Assembly (NCBI GenBank): GCA_963736115.1
Contig: CAVTNR010000009.1
Coordinates: 1 to 64,000, forward strand
Length of the DNA: 64,000 bases
Reading direction: 5' to 3'
Source of the DNA: an uncultured bacterium
GTDB taxonomy: Bacteria; Zhuqueibacterota; QNDG01; DTFT01
The notes below the pieces were generated by a model. It ran no database searches. It worked only from the letters and a program-made list of their open reading frames with translations, and was not told the DNA's origin. The position numbers and the translations under genes were made by a program. The stretch's first letter is position 1. Every line of letters starts with the position of its first letter. Shown one piece after another: positions 36,836-47,100 of the stretch.

Positions 36836-39409
36836 GTGGAAGACAGAAAAATACGCATTCTGCTGGTCGAAGACGACGAGTCCGTGGCCCAGACGATGAG
36901 GGAGTTGATGAAGCGTCTGGGTTCTTTTGTTCAGGAAACGGTCCGCGTGGGCACGCTGTCCGGAGCCATGGAAGCCGTATCCGCAGGCGCTTTTGACGTC
37001 GTGATTCTCGACCTCGGGCTTCCGGACAGCCAGGGGCTCGATACGTTCATGCGGCTCCACAGCCGCGTGCCCCGGGTGCCCATCGTGGTTTCCACCGGTC
37101 TGGACGACGAGAACATCGCCATGAAGGCGGTACGCGAAGGCGCCCAGGACTACCTGGTCAAGGGATCGGTGGACGGCGCGACCGTCATCCGCACCATCCG
37201 CTACGCCGTCGAACGCAGCCGCGTGGATTCCAAGACCGCGGCCGGCAACGGGGCCGTCGATCCGGCCGGCCTCAAGCGGGCCAATTTCCCCAATCTCCCG
37301 GACCCGCTGGCCCGGCTGTCCGACCTCGCCTACAATCTCTGGTTCAGCTGGCACCATGAAGCCTACCGGCTTTTCCGGCATCTCGACATCAAACTCTGGG
37401 AGGACGTCCATCACAATCCCGTGCAGCTGCTCAAGGAGCTCGACCGCCACCGGTTCGAGGAAGTCATGCACGAGAGCGTGTACATGTCCAAATACAACTG
37501 CGTGCTCCAAGCCTTCGACCGTTACATGGGACAGAAGGACACCCGGTTCGCGCTGAAATATCCGGACTGCCTGGACAAATGGACGGCCTATTTCAGCATG
37601 GAATTCGGCATACACGAAAGCCTGCCCATCTATTCCGGCGGCCTGGGCATTCTCTCCGGCGACCATCTGAAATCGGCCAGCGACCAGGGCATCCCGCTCG
37701 TGGGCGTGGGACTGCTGTACCGCGAATCGTACTTCACCCAGCTCATCTCCCTGCACGGGAACCAGCAATCGGTGTACGAGCCGAACAACTTCTCCAACCT
37801 GCCCGTTCTGCCGGTGCTCCGGGAGGACGGCAAGCCGCTGACCATCCGGGTGCGGTTCGACCATTCGGCGGTGTCCGCCCGTGTCTGGAAGGCGGATGTG
37901 GGCCGCGTCCCCCTGTATCTCCTGGACACCGATTTTCAGGACAACACAACATCCGAGCGGAAGATCACCGAGCGGCTCTATGTGTCGGACCGCGAGCTCC
38001 GGCTGACCCAGGAAATGCTCCTGGGAATCGGCGGACTGCACATGCTTGAAGCCGTGGGCATCCGCCCGGCTGTCTGGCACCTGAACGAGGGGCATTGCGC
38101 GCTTTCGTCCTTCGAACGCATGCGGGACGACCTCCTGGAGGGGACCCCTCTGGCCGAAGCGGTGAAGCGGATCCGTCCCGCGACGGTGTTCACCACGCAT
38201 ACGCCCATCGCGGCGGGGAATGAAGTGTTCGAGACGGGGCTGGTGGAACACCTGCTCGGCGACTACCGGGATATCATGAAAATCCCGAAGGACGACTTCT
38301 TCGGGCTGGCCCGCAACGAGCGGAACCCGGATCATAACGCATTCAACATGACCATTCTCGCCTTGAAAACCTCGTCCTACGCGAACGCGGTCAGCGAACT
38401 CCACGGCGCCGTCAGCCGCCGCATGTGGCATCCCCTGTGGCCGGACCGGCCCGTCGAGGAGGTTCCGATCACCCACATCACGAACGGCGTGCACACCCGC
38501 ACCTGGATGTCGAGCCTGATGAAAGGCCTGCTCGACGAACACCTGGGCCCGGACTGGCGGTACCGGCTTTCGGACGCCGACTACTGGAAGGTTCTGGACC
38601 GGATTCCGGACGAGGCGCTGTGGAAAGTGCACCACGACCTGAAATACCGGCTCATCGAACAGGTCCGACGGAACCTCTCGCGCCAGCGCGAGCGCAACGG
38701 TGAATCCCCCGACTCGGTGGCCGAGGCGAGGCGACTGCTGAACCCGGACGTGCTGACCATCGGATTCGCCCGGCGCTTCACGCCGTACAAGCGCGGCACA
38801 CTCATCTTCCAGAACCGGGACTGGCTCAAGTACATCGTGTCGCGCGAGAACATGCCCGTCCAGATCGTATTCGCAGGCAAGGCGCACCCGGCCGACCAGA
38901 TGGGCAAGTCGCTCATCCAGACCATCGTGGGCGAAAGCCGCAATCCCGACTTCCACGGAAAAATCGTGTTCGTCGAAAACTACGACATGTCCCTCTCGAA
39001 AATCCTCATCTCCGGCGTCGACGTATGGCTGAACCTGCCGCGCCGGCCCCTCGAGGCCAGCGGCACTTCGGGCATGAAGGCAGCGGTGAACGGCGCCATC
39101 AACTGCAGCGTGATGGACGGATGGTGGCGCGAGGCGTACGACGGAACGAACGGATGGGCCGTGGGCGAGGACAAGGAGTATTACAACGACATGGAGCAGG
39201 ATGGACTCGACGCCGAATCGCTGTACCGGATCCTGCAGGACGACCTCGTTCCTCTCTATTATAAGAAAGACGAATCCGGTCTCCCGGCGGAGTGGATCCG
39301 CAAGATGAAGCGCTCCATGGAAACCGTGATCCCCCGCTTCAGCACCTGCCGCATGCTCGAGGAGTACGTGGACCGCTTCTACGTGCCCGCGATGCGGCAA
39401 GGAAAATAG
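36836..39409 (+). CDS. glgP: Receiver domain fused to alpha-glucan (glycogen/maltodextrin) phosphorylase
   Basis: REC motifs LLVEDD, ILDLGLPD, VVSTG, DYLVKG; phosphorylase motifs AYFSMEFG, YSGGLG, HLNEGH, ITNGVH, FARRF, EASGTSGMK. Confidence 0.93.
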   Translation: MEDRKIRILLVEDDESVAQTMRELMKRLGSFVQETVRVGTLSGAMEAVSAGAFDVVILDLGLPDSQGLDTFMRLHSRVPRVPIVVSTGLDDENIAMKAVREGAQDYLVKGSVDGATVIRTIRYAVERSRVDSKTAAGNGAVDPAGLKRANFPNLPDPLARLSDLAYNLWFSWHHEAYRLFRHLDIKLWEDVHHNPVQLLKELDRHRFEEVMHESVYMSKYNCVLQAFDRYMGQKDTRFALKYPDCLDKWTAYFSMEFGIHESLPIYSGGLGILSGDHLKSASDQGIPLVGVGLLYRESYFTQLISLHGNQQSVYEPNNFSNLPVLPVLREDGKPLTIRVRFDHSAVSARVWKADVGRVPLYLLDTDFQDNTTSERKITERLYVSDRELRLTQEMLLGIGGLHMLEAVGIRPAVWHLNEGHCALSSFERMRDDLLEGTPLAEAVKRIRPATVFTTHTPIAAGNEVFETGLVEHLLGDYRDIMKIPKDDFFGLARNERNPDHNAFNMTILALKTSSYANAVSELHGAVSRRMWHPLWPDRPVEEVPITHITNGVHTRTWMSSLMKGLLDEHLGPDWRYRLSDADYWKVLDRIPDEALWKVHHDLKYRLIEQVRRNLSRQRERNGESPDSVAEARRLLNPDVLTIGFARRFTPYKRGTLIFQNRDWLKYIVSRENMPVQIVFAGKAHPADQMGKSLIQTIVGESRNPDFHGKIVFVENYDMSLSKILISGVDVWLNLPRRPLEASGTSGMKAAVNGAINCSVMDGWWREAYDGTNGWAVGEDKEYYNDMEQDGLDAESLYRILQDDLVPLYYKKDESGLPAEWIRKMKRSMETVIPRFSTCRMLEEYVDRFYVPAMRQGK

Positions 39410-39436
39410 GACAAAAACAGCGGCACCGGTCATGCG

Positions 39437-39459
39437 GGCCCCGTAATCGGGGCCTTTTT
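39437..39459 (+). terminator. Intrinsic terminator
   Basis: GGCCCCG-TAAT-CGGGGCC-TTTTT. Confidence 0.75.
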
Positions 39460-39511
39460 AATAGTGGATTTCACCCTTCAGGGTTTCATCCCGCGCCCCC
39501 AGTTTTTAGTT

Positions 39512-39540
39512 TTGACTTTATCCCCCGTTTTTATTATCAT
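39512..39540 (+). promoter_or_regulatory. Sigma70-type promoter
   Basis: TTGACT-17 nt-TATCAT. Confidence 0.55.
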
Positions 39541-39573
39541 TCATGTATAATTTCAATCGGGCGGCCAGAAGCC

Positions 39574-39757
39574 TAGTCATTCTGGTTCCCGTTTTTCTGG
39601 ATGATCGGAAATTGGGCTTCTGGCCGCTCCGACGGGTCTGATTCCCCGCCGCTTGCCTTCAACCAGAAGGCAAATAATAGCTTGGTCCCGCGAAGCGGGC
39701 GGCGTCCATCATCCAAGTTTCTTGTGATACCCCGCTGCTTGCGGCGGGGTCCTTCAA
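39574..39757 (-). mobile_element. Two-hairpin IS200/IS605-end-like element with one mini-element insert (39656-39699)
   Basis: Minus strand begins TTGAAGGACCCCGCCGCAAGCAGCGGGGTATC; second hairpin is interrupted at G^CAAG; left boundary approximate. Confidence 0.6.
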
Positions 39758-39794
39758 CCCCATGGACCAAACCCGCAGACCGGGAGGGGAACGC

Positions 39795-40679
39795 ATGACC
39801 GACAGGAACCGATCCGGACACCGCGTCCGAAGAACCGGAACACTCGCAGCCGCATTTCTCATCGCGGTCCTCGCCTGTTCCGTGGACCACGGACTGGAGC
39901 CGATCCGCAGCCGGATCAGCGGCCGCGTGTTCTTTTCCGGGGACGCGAACCCCGACATCACGGACGAGGTGCGGGTCGCCGTACTGAAGAAATTCCCCCC
40001 CAAGGACATCACCGAACTGACCTTCAGCGAAATCATATTCGGCAATTCCGACCAGCCCCCGGACACGGTACCCTGGGAAATCTACCTGGAACCCGGCAAT
40101 TACGAGATCGCGGCCGTGATCTGGAAGGCCCACAACCAGTCATGGAACATATCGGACATCATCGGCATGTGGGGCGGCCAGATCATCGGGGACCAGCTCA
40201 TCCCTCCCTTCCCCTTCGTCCCGATCGAGCTGAAGGGCCCACGCTCCGTCGTGGACACCATCGACATCCAAGCTAACCTGAACCGTGTCAACCGGGACGG
40301 CCTCATCGAGGGCACGCTGACGTTTACCGGCGAGTGGCCGGCCAACACGGGCGTCGTGGGCATCGGCGCGTTCAGCGAAATGCCGAAGCCCGGCGATGTC
40401 TTCGATTATCTTTTAAAGAACATCGCGCTCGACTACAGCGTGCCGATCTTCACCGGAAGCGCGACGTACCGGCTTCGGGTCCGCTCCACTGAAACGATCC
40501 GGTATGTCGCCCTGATGTGGATCAACGACGCATTCGACTTCAACGGGATACGCGACATCGGGTTTTACCGGAATCCCGCGGACCCGTTGCAGCCGGGGTC
40601 CGTGGATCTTTCGGGGAAGCATGTCACCGGCATTGACATCCACGTTGATTTTGCCACAGCTTTCGGAGGCGGGGCATGA
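39795..40679 (+). CDS. Lipoprotein with two related beta-rich domains
   Basis: SD GGAGG, lipobox VLAC; coupled to the TonB receptor gene. Confidence 0.75.
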   Translation: MTDRNRSGHRVRRTGTLAAAFLIAVLACSVDHGLEPIRSRISGRVFFSGDANPDITDEVRVAVLKKFPPKDITELTFSEIIFGNSDQPPDTVPWEIYLEPGNYEIAAVIWKAHNQSWNISDIIGMWGGQIIGDQLIPPFPFVPIELKGPRSVVDTIDIQANLNRVNRDGLIEGTLTFTGEWPANTGVVGIGAFSEMPKPGDVFDYLLKNIALDYSVPIFTGSATYRLRVRSTETIRYVALMWINDAFDFNGIRDIGFYRNPADPLQPGSVDLSGKHVTGIDIHVDFATAFGGGA

Positions 40680-42886
40680 GAACGTCGGCCGGCTTCGACC
40701 GCAATCAGCACAGCCCGGGCCGGACTGCCGCGGGTTTCGGGCTCCGGTCCGTCCTATGGGTCTTCGTTCTCGCAGCCGCATGGATGGCCGCCTCAGTCAG
40801 GGCCGGGACCCTGACCGGCACAATCTCGGACGCATCCGGAAAGCCCATTCCGGGCGCCAACGTGTTCCTGCGGGGGACTTTGCTCGGCGCCGTCAGTGGG
40901 CCGGACGGCGCATTCTCAGTGCCTGATGTGCCGGACGGTGACTACACCCTCGTCGTCTCCATGATGGGTTTCAGGACCGTTTTGAAAAGCGGACTCTCCG
41001 TCTCCGGAGAGACGAAGGAAATCTCCGTCCGGATGAACGAGGCGCCCCTCTCCGGAGATCCGGTCGTGGTGACCGCGTCCAAACACGCCGAAGCCCTGTC
41101 CGCGGCGCACCAGAGCGTCACCGTGATCGGCGCGGAACGCCTGGCGGAGCGCCAGACCCGCAGGCTGGAGGAGGCGATCGGCGCGGTGCCGGGCGTGCAT
41201 TTCAACGAGGAGAATATCAGCATCCGCGGATCGTCGGGCTACAGCGTGTTCAATGTGGGCAGCCGCGTTCTGCTCCTCGTGGACGGCGTTTCCACCGTGA
41301 CCTCGGATCTCGGCGGCATCAACTGGAAGATACTGCCCCTGCTCGACGTGGAACGCATTGAAATCGTGAAAGGCGCGGGTTCGGCCCTCTACGGGTCCTC
41401 GGCCATGGGCGGTGTGATCAACCTCATCACACGCGAGCCCTCCCGCCGCCTCCGCGTGCGTCTGCGCACGCTCGCCGGTGTGTACGACGACCCCGCATGG
41501 CCGGAATGGAAATGGACGGACCGGCGCCTGCATTTCGAGCGCACCGACGTGTCGGTCAGCCGGAGCTTCGGCCCAATCGGCCTCCAGCTCGGCATGACCC
41601 GCCATACGTCCACGGGATACATGGAGAACAACGAAGCCGACCTCTGGAACGTCTCGGCCAAGGCCGGCATCCGTTTCCGCGGCGGTTCCAGGCTCGACCT
41701 GTATGCCGCCCGGATGCGTAACCGCGAGGGCGGGTTCATCCAGTGGCTTTCGCAGAACCGGCCGCTGGAGGTGCCTCCTTACAACAAGGAGGACGCCATC
41801 GAGTACCGGGCCACGGATTTCCATGCCCAATACCACCTGCCGGTCACCCCGCGTTTCGGCCTGAAAGCGCGGGTTTCGTTCCTGCAGACCGAAATGGGCA
41901 ACCAGCTCACGGCCTACAATCCAGGCGCATTCAAGCCTGGACGCGGCCCGGGAATCGAAATCCAGGCCGATTGGCTTCCCGCGCCGGAGCATCATGTCAC
42001 GTCCGGAGTGGAATACAGGCGCGACCTCAGCGGGTCGCAATATTTCGGAGACCATGAGGGATACACCCTCTCGCCCTACGTTCAGGACGCCTGGTCCCCG
42101 GACAGCCGGTTCACGCTGACCGCGGGCGGCCGATGGGACCGGCACGTGCTGATCGGGGAAACGTCCGAGAACCGCCTCAGCCCGAAGATCGGGCTGAACT
42201 TCCGGCCGCGGGAGGGTACGGCCCTGCGCGCAACCTTCGGCGGCGGATTCCGGACCGCCACCGTGTTCGAAAAATACATACGCGCGGATTATTCGGGATT
42301 CAACGTCATCCCCAACCCCGGACTTCGGTCCGAGCATTCCTGGTTCACGGACGCCGGGATTTCGCAGGACATCGGAAACGCCGGCCGGCTGGAGCTGACC
42401 ATATTCCGGTCCGACTACTGGGACATGATCGATCCGGTGATCAATTTTCTCGGCACTATCCAATTCCAGAACTTCGTCCGCGCCCGCGTCACGGGCGTCG
42501 AAGGCGCGGCGGAATTCCGGTTCTGGCGCCGGCGCCTGGGCCTGGCCGCAAACGCGGCCTGGCAGAATCCCCGGGATCTCGAGCGGAAGGAGGACCTCGC
42601 GTACCGGCCCCGGTTCCATGCGGTGATGACGGGAAAAGCCTTTGTGGGTCCGCTCTCCCTGGAGGCGGAATACCGCTACGCGGGCCGGATCCGGACCGTC
42701 CAGCTCAATCCGCTGGACCCGCGTGTGCCCCTGAAACTGCTGGAATTCCGCGCCGGTGTCAAGGCCGGCATCTGGACCCTGCAGGCCTCGGTGCGCAATG
42801 CGCTGAATTATCATTACACGCAGATCGAAAGACGGATGGGTGAAATCCGCAGTGCAAGCATATCCCTGACAGCGGATATCGATTAG
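40676..42886 (+). CDS. TonB-dependent receptor
   Basis: CarboxypepD-like N-domain, plug (VVVTAS, IRG, LLVDG, IEIVKGAGSALYGSSAMGGVINLIT), beta-barrel. Confidence 0.93.
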   Translation: MRTSAGFDRNQHSPGRTAAGFGLRSVLWVFVLAAAWMAASVRAGTLTGTISDASGKPIPGANVFLRGTLLGAVSGPDGAFSVPDVPDGDYTLVVSMMGFRTVLKSGLSVSGETKEISVRMNEAPLSGDPVVVTASKHAEALSAAHQSVTVIGAERLAERQTRRLEEAIGAVPGVHFNEENISIRGSSGYSVFNVGSRVLLLVDGVSTVTSDLGGINWKILPLLDVERIEIVKGAGSALYGSSAMGGVINLITREPSRRLRVRLRTLAGVYDDPAWPEWKWTDRRLHFERTDVSVSRSFGPIGLQLGMTRHTSTGYMENNEADLWNVSAKAGIRFRGGSRLDLYAARMRNREGGFIQWLSQNRPLEVPPYNKEDAIEYRATDFHAQYHLPVTPRFGLKARVSFLQTEMGNQLTAYNPGAFKPGRGPGIEIQADWLPAPEHHVTSGVEYRRDLSGSQYFGDHEGYTLSPYVQDAWSPDSRFTLTAGGRWDRHVLIGETSENRLSPKIGLNFRPREGTALRATFGGGFRTATVFEKYIRADYSGFNVIPNPGLRSEHSWFTDAGISQDIGNAGRLELTIFRSDYWDMIDPVINFLGTIQFQNFVRARVTGVEGAAEFRFWRRRLGLAANAAWQNPRDLERKEDLAYRPRFHAVMTGKAFVGPLSLEAEYRYAGRIRTVQLNPLDPRVPLKLLEFRAGVKAGIWTLQASVRNALNYHYTQIERRMGEIRSASISLTADID

Positions 42887-43104
42887 CACGAAATATGCAG
42901 TCTACTTTTTCCTCAATTTGCCGCTGGACGGCCGCACGGTTGCGGCCGCTTAAGTTATTTATAATAAAATCAAGAGATTCCACGACGCCGCAAATTGCCG
43001 GAAGGGTGCCGGCGTGAAAACCGGCGTCGCATTCGAAATGAAAATCCGTTGTCATCCTGCATTGCAGGGATGAGCGGATGGACAAACATTTTTTGAAGGG
43101 ATAA

Positions 43105-44412
43105 ATGGAAGCCTACAACCTCGTCAGCCTCGCCGGCCTGTTCGTGCTTCTGGGCCTGGCCTGGCTGCTCTCGCCGAATAAAAAGGCGGTGAACGGACGG
43201 GTGGTTTTCTGGGGTCTCGTCCTGCAGGCCGGCTTCGCGTTCTTCATCTTCGTCGTCCCGGCCGGCTCGAAACTGTTCCTGATCGTCAATGACCTCGTGG
43301 TCCGCATACTCGACAGCGCCTCGGCCGGCACCCGCTTCGTCTTCGGCCGGCTCGCGCTCCCGCCTGGAGCGACGGATGAGAACGGCATCGAATCCCTGGG
43401 GTACTTTTTCGCCTTCCAGGGCGTTCCGACCATTGTCTTTTTCTCCTCCCTGATGGGTCTCCTGTATTTTTTCCGGATCATGCCGAAAATCGTCGGAGCG
43501 TTCTCGGCCGTGTTCTCGCGACTGATGGGTATCAGCGGCGCCGAATCGCTGGCCGCGAGCTCCGAGATTTTTCTGGGAATCGAATCGTCCTTCGCCGTGC
43601 GCCCCTACATCGAGCGGATGACCCCGTCGGAACTCACAACCCTTCTCACCGCGGGCATGGCCACCGTTGCCTCCAACATTCTCGCGGTGTACGTCATCAT
43701 GCTCCGGCCGGTTTTCCCCGCCATCGCGGGACACCTGGTCTCGGCTTCCCTTCTCGCCGCGCCTTCGGCCCTCGTCATGTCTAAACTGCTGATGCCGGAA
43801 ACCGGCAGGCCCGAAACGCTCGGCATCCGCGTCGCCCCGGACGTGCCCCGCGAAAGCAATGTGATCGAGGCGATTTTGAATGCGGCGAACGCGGGTGTGA
43901 AGCTGATCGTCGGGATCTGCGCCCTCCTACTCGCGTTCCTGGGCCTGGTCGCCCTGGTGGACCTCATCCTCAACGCCGCGGGCGGATGGATCAACGGCCT
44001 GGCCGGAATCCGCTTCGACTGGTCCCTGAAGGGCCTGCTGGGCATGGTCTTCTATCCCTTCACACTTCTGATCGGCGTGCCGGTTCAGGACGCCGCGGCT
44101 GTCGCCCGGCTGATCGGGGAGCGCAGCGTGGTCACCGAGGTCACGGCCTATCAGGACCTCGCCGGATTGATGCGGCGCGGCGCCCTGGTTCATCCGCGGT
44201 CCATCGTGATCAGCGCCTACGCCCTTTGCGGATTCGCCCATGTCGCGTCCCTGGCCGTGTTCGTCGGCGGACTGTCGGCCCTCGCGCCCTCGCGCCGCGG
44301 GGATCTGGCCCGCCTCGGCCCACGCGCCCTGCTCGCGGCCACCCTGGCCTGCCTGATGACCGCCGCGATCGCCGGGGTCTTCTTCAACCGGGGCATGGTC
44401 GTCCTGCGCTGA
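43105..44412 (+). CDS. Concentrative nucleoside transporter (NupC/CNT)
   Basis: FVFG, PTIVFFSSL, ISGAES, YALCGFAH. Confidence 0.9.
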   Translation: MEAYNLVSLAGLFVLLGLAWLLSPNKKAVNGRVVFWGLVLQAGFAFFIFVVPAGSKLFLIVNDLVVRILDSASAGTRFVFGRLALPPGATDENGIESLGYFFAFQGVPTIVFFSSLMGLLYFFRIMPKIVGAFSAVFSRLMGISGAESLAASSEIFLGIESSFAVRPYIERMTPSELTTLLTAGMATVASNILAVYVIMLRPVFPAIAGHLVSASLLAAPSALVMSKLLMPETGRPETLGIRVAPDVPRESNVIEAILNAANAGVKLIVGICALLLAFLGLVALVDLILNAAGGWINGLAGIRFDWSLKGLLGMVFYPFTLLIGVPVQDAAAVARLIGERSVVTEVTAYQDLAGLMRRGALVHPRSIVISAYALCGFAHVASLAVFVGGLSALAPSRRGDLARLGPRALLAATLACLMTAAIAGVFFNRGMVVLR

Positions 44413-44471
44413 AACCGGGTTCCGCGCGGTTGCGCGGGAGTCCCGGAACCCAATTGAACACCGGAGGTTCT

Positions 44472-44663
44472 ATGCAGAGAGTCGTGGTGATGGAACTGCA
44501 GAGTCACTTTCACAAGGACATGGAAGAGCCCTTCCAGAGCTTTCTGGAACAGGGATGGAAAGTCGTTTCCATCCAATCGTCCGCGGCCAATATGAACGAA
44601 TCCAAAGCTGCTTGCTGGATCACTGTATTGCTTGAGAAAGAGGATCCTGCTCCGGCACGGTGA
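44472..44663 (+). CDS. Small hypothetical protein (DUF4177-like)
   Basis: SD GGAGG; 63 aa with LEQGWKVVSI motif. Confidence 0.6.
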   Translation: MQRVVVMELQSHFHKDMEEPFQSFLEQGWKVVSIQSSAANMNESKAACWITVLLEKEDPAPAR

Positions 44664-44785
44664 TCCCCGGAGATGCGCTGGAACCCGACGCAGTCCGGTG
44701 ATTCGTTCAATGTCCATGGGTGATTCGATGACCGAAACTGAGGCGCAACAAAAAGAACAATCAATCTGTTAAGAGGAGGGATTGC

Positions 44786-45340
44786 ATGAAAATCAAGGGA
44801 ACCGCCATTCTGGCACTGCCCGCCTTCATCCGTCACCAGTTTCCGGACCGCTTCGAAGAATGGCGCGATGCCCTGCCGGCCGGAGCGAAACAGGTGCACA
44901 AGTCCGTCATCCTGGCCTTCGAGCATTACGACGTATTCGACGCGCTCTACGAGCCCACGCGCGTGATGTGCGACCTGTTCTACGGCGGAGACCGAAAAGG
45001 CGCCTGGCATTCCGGCCACTACAGCGCCTCTTACGCCCTGAACGGTTTTTACAAGATCTTCTTCAAGATCGGTTCGCCTCAGTTCATCATCGACCGCGCC
45101 TCGCGCGTATTCAACGATTATTACCCGGAAGGCGAGATGCGCATTTCCGATTCCTCCTCCCACCGCTGCATCCTTCAAATCGTGAAATTGCCCCAACCCC
45201 ACTGGGTTTCGGACATGAACGTCTGGGGCTGGGCCCAGGGCGCGCTGGAACTGATGGGGAAAAAGGAAGTACAGGTGGCGCTGAATCAGTCCCTGTCCGC
45301 GGGCGATCCGCTCTCCGAGTTCGAAATCAGCTGGCAATGA
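44786..45340 (+). CDS. DUF2378/V4R-like ligand-binding protein
   Basis: MKIKG start, G-x-YSA...GFYKIFFKIGSP, GWAQGALEL, C-terminal EFEISW; SD GAGGAGG. Confidence 0.6.
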   Translation: MKIKGTAILALPAFIRHQFPDRFEEWRDALPAGAKQVHKSVILAFEHYDVFDALYEPTRVMCDLFYGGDRKGAWHSGHYSASYALNGFYKIFFKIGSPQFIIDRASRVFNDYYPEGEMRISDSSSHRCILQIVKLPQPHWVSDMNVWGWAQGALELMGKKEVQVALNQSLSAGDPLSEFEISWQ

Positions 45341-45439
45341 GCGGTCCGCCTGCATCCGGCGGGAAGCGGACGGATGATCCGTCGCTCGAAACCGGATGAA
45401 CAGACGCGGGAATGATTTCAATCCGCAAGGAGGAAGGCT

Positions 45440-46021
45440 TTGAAAAACCTGTCTGGAACCATTCTTCTGACTCTCCTTTTAACAGGAGGAACCGCCATGA
45501 CGCAAAGCCTGTATGATTTCACCCTGAACGACATCACGGGGAAACCCGTGTCCCTGGCCGGCACTGCCGGCAAGGTGGTTCTTGTCGTGAACACGGCCAG
45601 CAAATGCGGATTCACGCCGCAGTACAAGGGGCTGGAGGAACTGTACCGGGCCTACAAGGACAGCGGGCTGGTGATCCTGGGTTTTCCGGCCAACAACTTC
45701 TTTTTCCAGGAACCCGGTTCGGACGGAGAGATCCGGCAGTTCTGCACCCTGAATTACGGCGTGACCTTCCCCATGTTTTCAAAAATTTCCGTCAAGGGAA
45801 AAGGCCGGGCGCCGTTGTACAAATGGCTCACGGAGCAGAAAACGACGCCCGAAGGCCCTGGCGCCATTTCCTGGAACTTCAACAAGTTCCTCGTCAACCG
45901 CTCCGGCCGGCCGGTGTACCGGTTCGGCTCGAAGGTCGAACCGCTTTCGGACGAACTGGTCACGGCCCTGAAGAAACTGCTCGCGGAGCCGGCGCCTTCG
46001 GGTTCCCCCGCAAAAGAATGA
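45440..46021 (+). CDS. Glutathione peroxidase family (Cys type)
   Basis: VNTASKCGFTPQY, LGFPANNF..QEPG, WNFNKFLV. Confidence 0.95.
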   Translation: MKNLSGTILLTLLLTGGTAMTQSLYDFTLNDITGKPVSLAGTAGKVVLVVNTASKCGFTPQYKGLEELYRAYKDSGLVILGFPANNFFFQEPGSDGEIRQFCTLNYGVTFPMFSKISVKGKGRAPLYKWLTEQKTTPEGPGAISWNFNKFLVNRSGRPVYRFGSKVEPLSDELVTALKKLLAEPAPSGSPAKE

Positions 46022-46166
46022 AACGGAATCGGACCGGCGCACGCCGACGTGCGCCGGTCGCGACAGGGCTGCCATTTCCCTCCGCTCGTTGACGGCATGC
46101 GCCGCATGGTCCGTACCGAAGAAAATTCCTTGCTTTTTCCCTGCCTGAATCCTATTTTATCCATCT

Positions 46167-47100
46167 ATGACCGACGCTGTAATCACTGTTGAAAACCTGC
46201 ACAAGTCCTACGGCCCGCTCAAGGCCGTGGATGACGTGTCCTTCTCCGTTCCCTCGGCCTCCTGCTTCGGCTTTCTGGGCCCGAACGGCGCCGGCAAGAG
46301 CACGCTCATGCGCATCCTCTACGGGATGGCCGAACGCGAGCGCCGTCCCGGAACATCGGTGCGCGTGTTCGGATTCGATCCCGCGCAAAACGAACTCGAC
46401 ATCAAATTTCTACTCCGGTGTGGTGCCCCAGGACAACAACCTCGACGAGGAACTGAACGTCGAACGGAACCTGCTCGTGTATTCCAAATTCTACGGAATG
46501 GGAAGACGCGAGGCCGACCGCCGCATCGACGAACTGCTTTCATTTTTTGAACTGTCCGAAAAGCGCAAGGCCAGGATCCGGGAACTCTCGGGCGGCATGA
46601 AGCGACGGCTGACCATCGCCCGCGCCCTCCTGCACGCGCCGCGCCTGCTCATCCTCGACGAGCCGACGACCGGACTCGACCCGCAGGTCCGCCACTTGAT
46701 CTGGGACAAGCTCCGCCAGCTGAAAAAAGACGGCATGACCATCCTGCTGACCACGCATTACATGGACGAGGCGTACCAGCTCTGCGACACGATCCTGATC
46801 ATGGACAAGGGCCGCAAGGCCATGGAAGGCCCCCCGCAGGAACTGCTCGACAGCCACATCGAGCGGTATGTCCTGGAGATCGTCGGCGCGGAAGCGGCCC
46901 GGGATCTGTCGGCCGCGCCCGTGCCCGAAGGCGTCCGGTCGGATCCGTCGCGGGACCGCGTGGTTTTCTATTCGAACGAAGCCCACGTGCTCAGGCGGAT
47001 CGCGAAAAACCTCGGGCACGGCGAATACCATCTTCGCGAGTCCAACCTGGAGGATCTCTTCCTCAAGCTGACCGGGAGGGCGCTCAATGAGCTCCAATAA
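46167..47100 (+). CDS. ABC transporter ATP-binding subunit (NodI-like), frameshift near 46408
   Basis: Walker [10 protein letters not shown] in one frame; Q-loop, LSGGMKRR and LDEPTTGLD in another. Confidence 0.88.

Noticed and set aside
42887-43104. Purine or nucleoside riboswitch upstream of the CNT transporter
   Set aside because: Conserved aptamer motifs were not found
45600-45612. Selenocysteine in the glutathione peroxidase
   Set aside because: The active-site codon is TGC (Cys)
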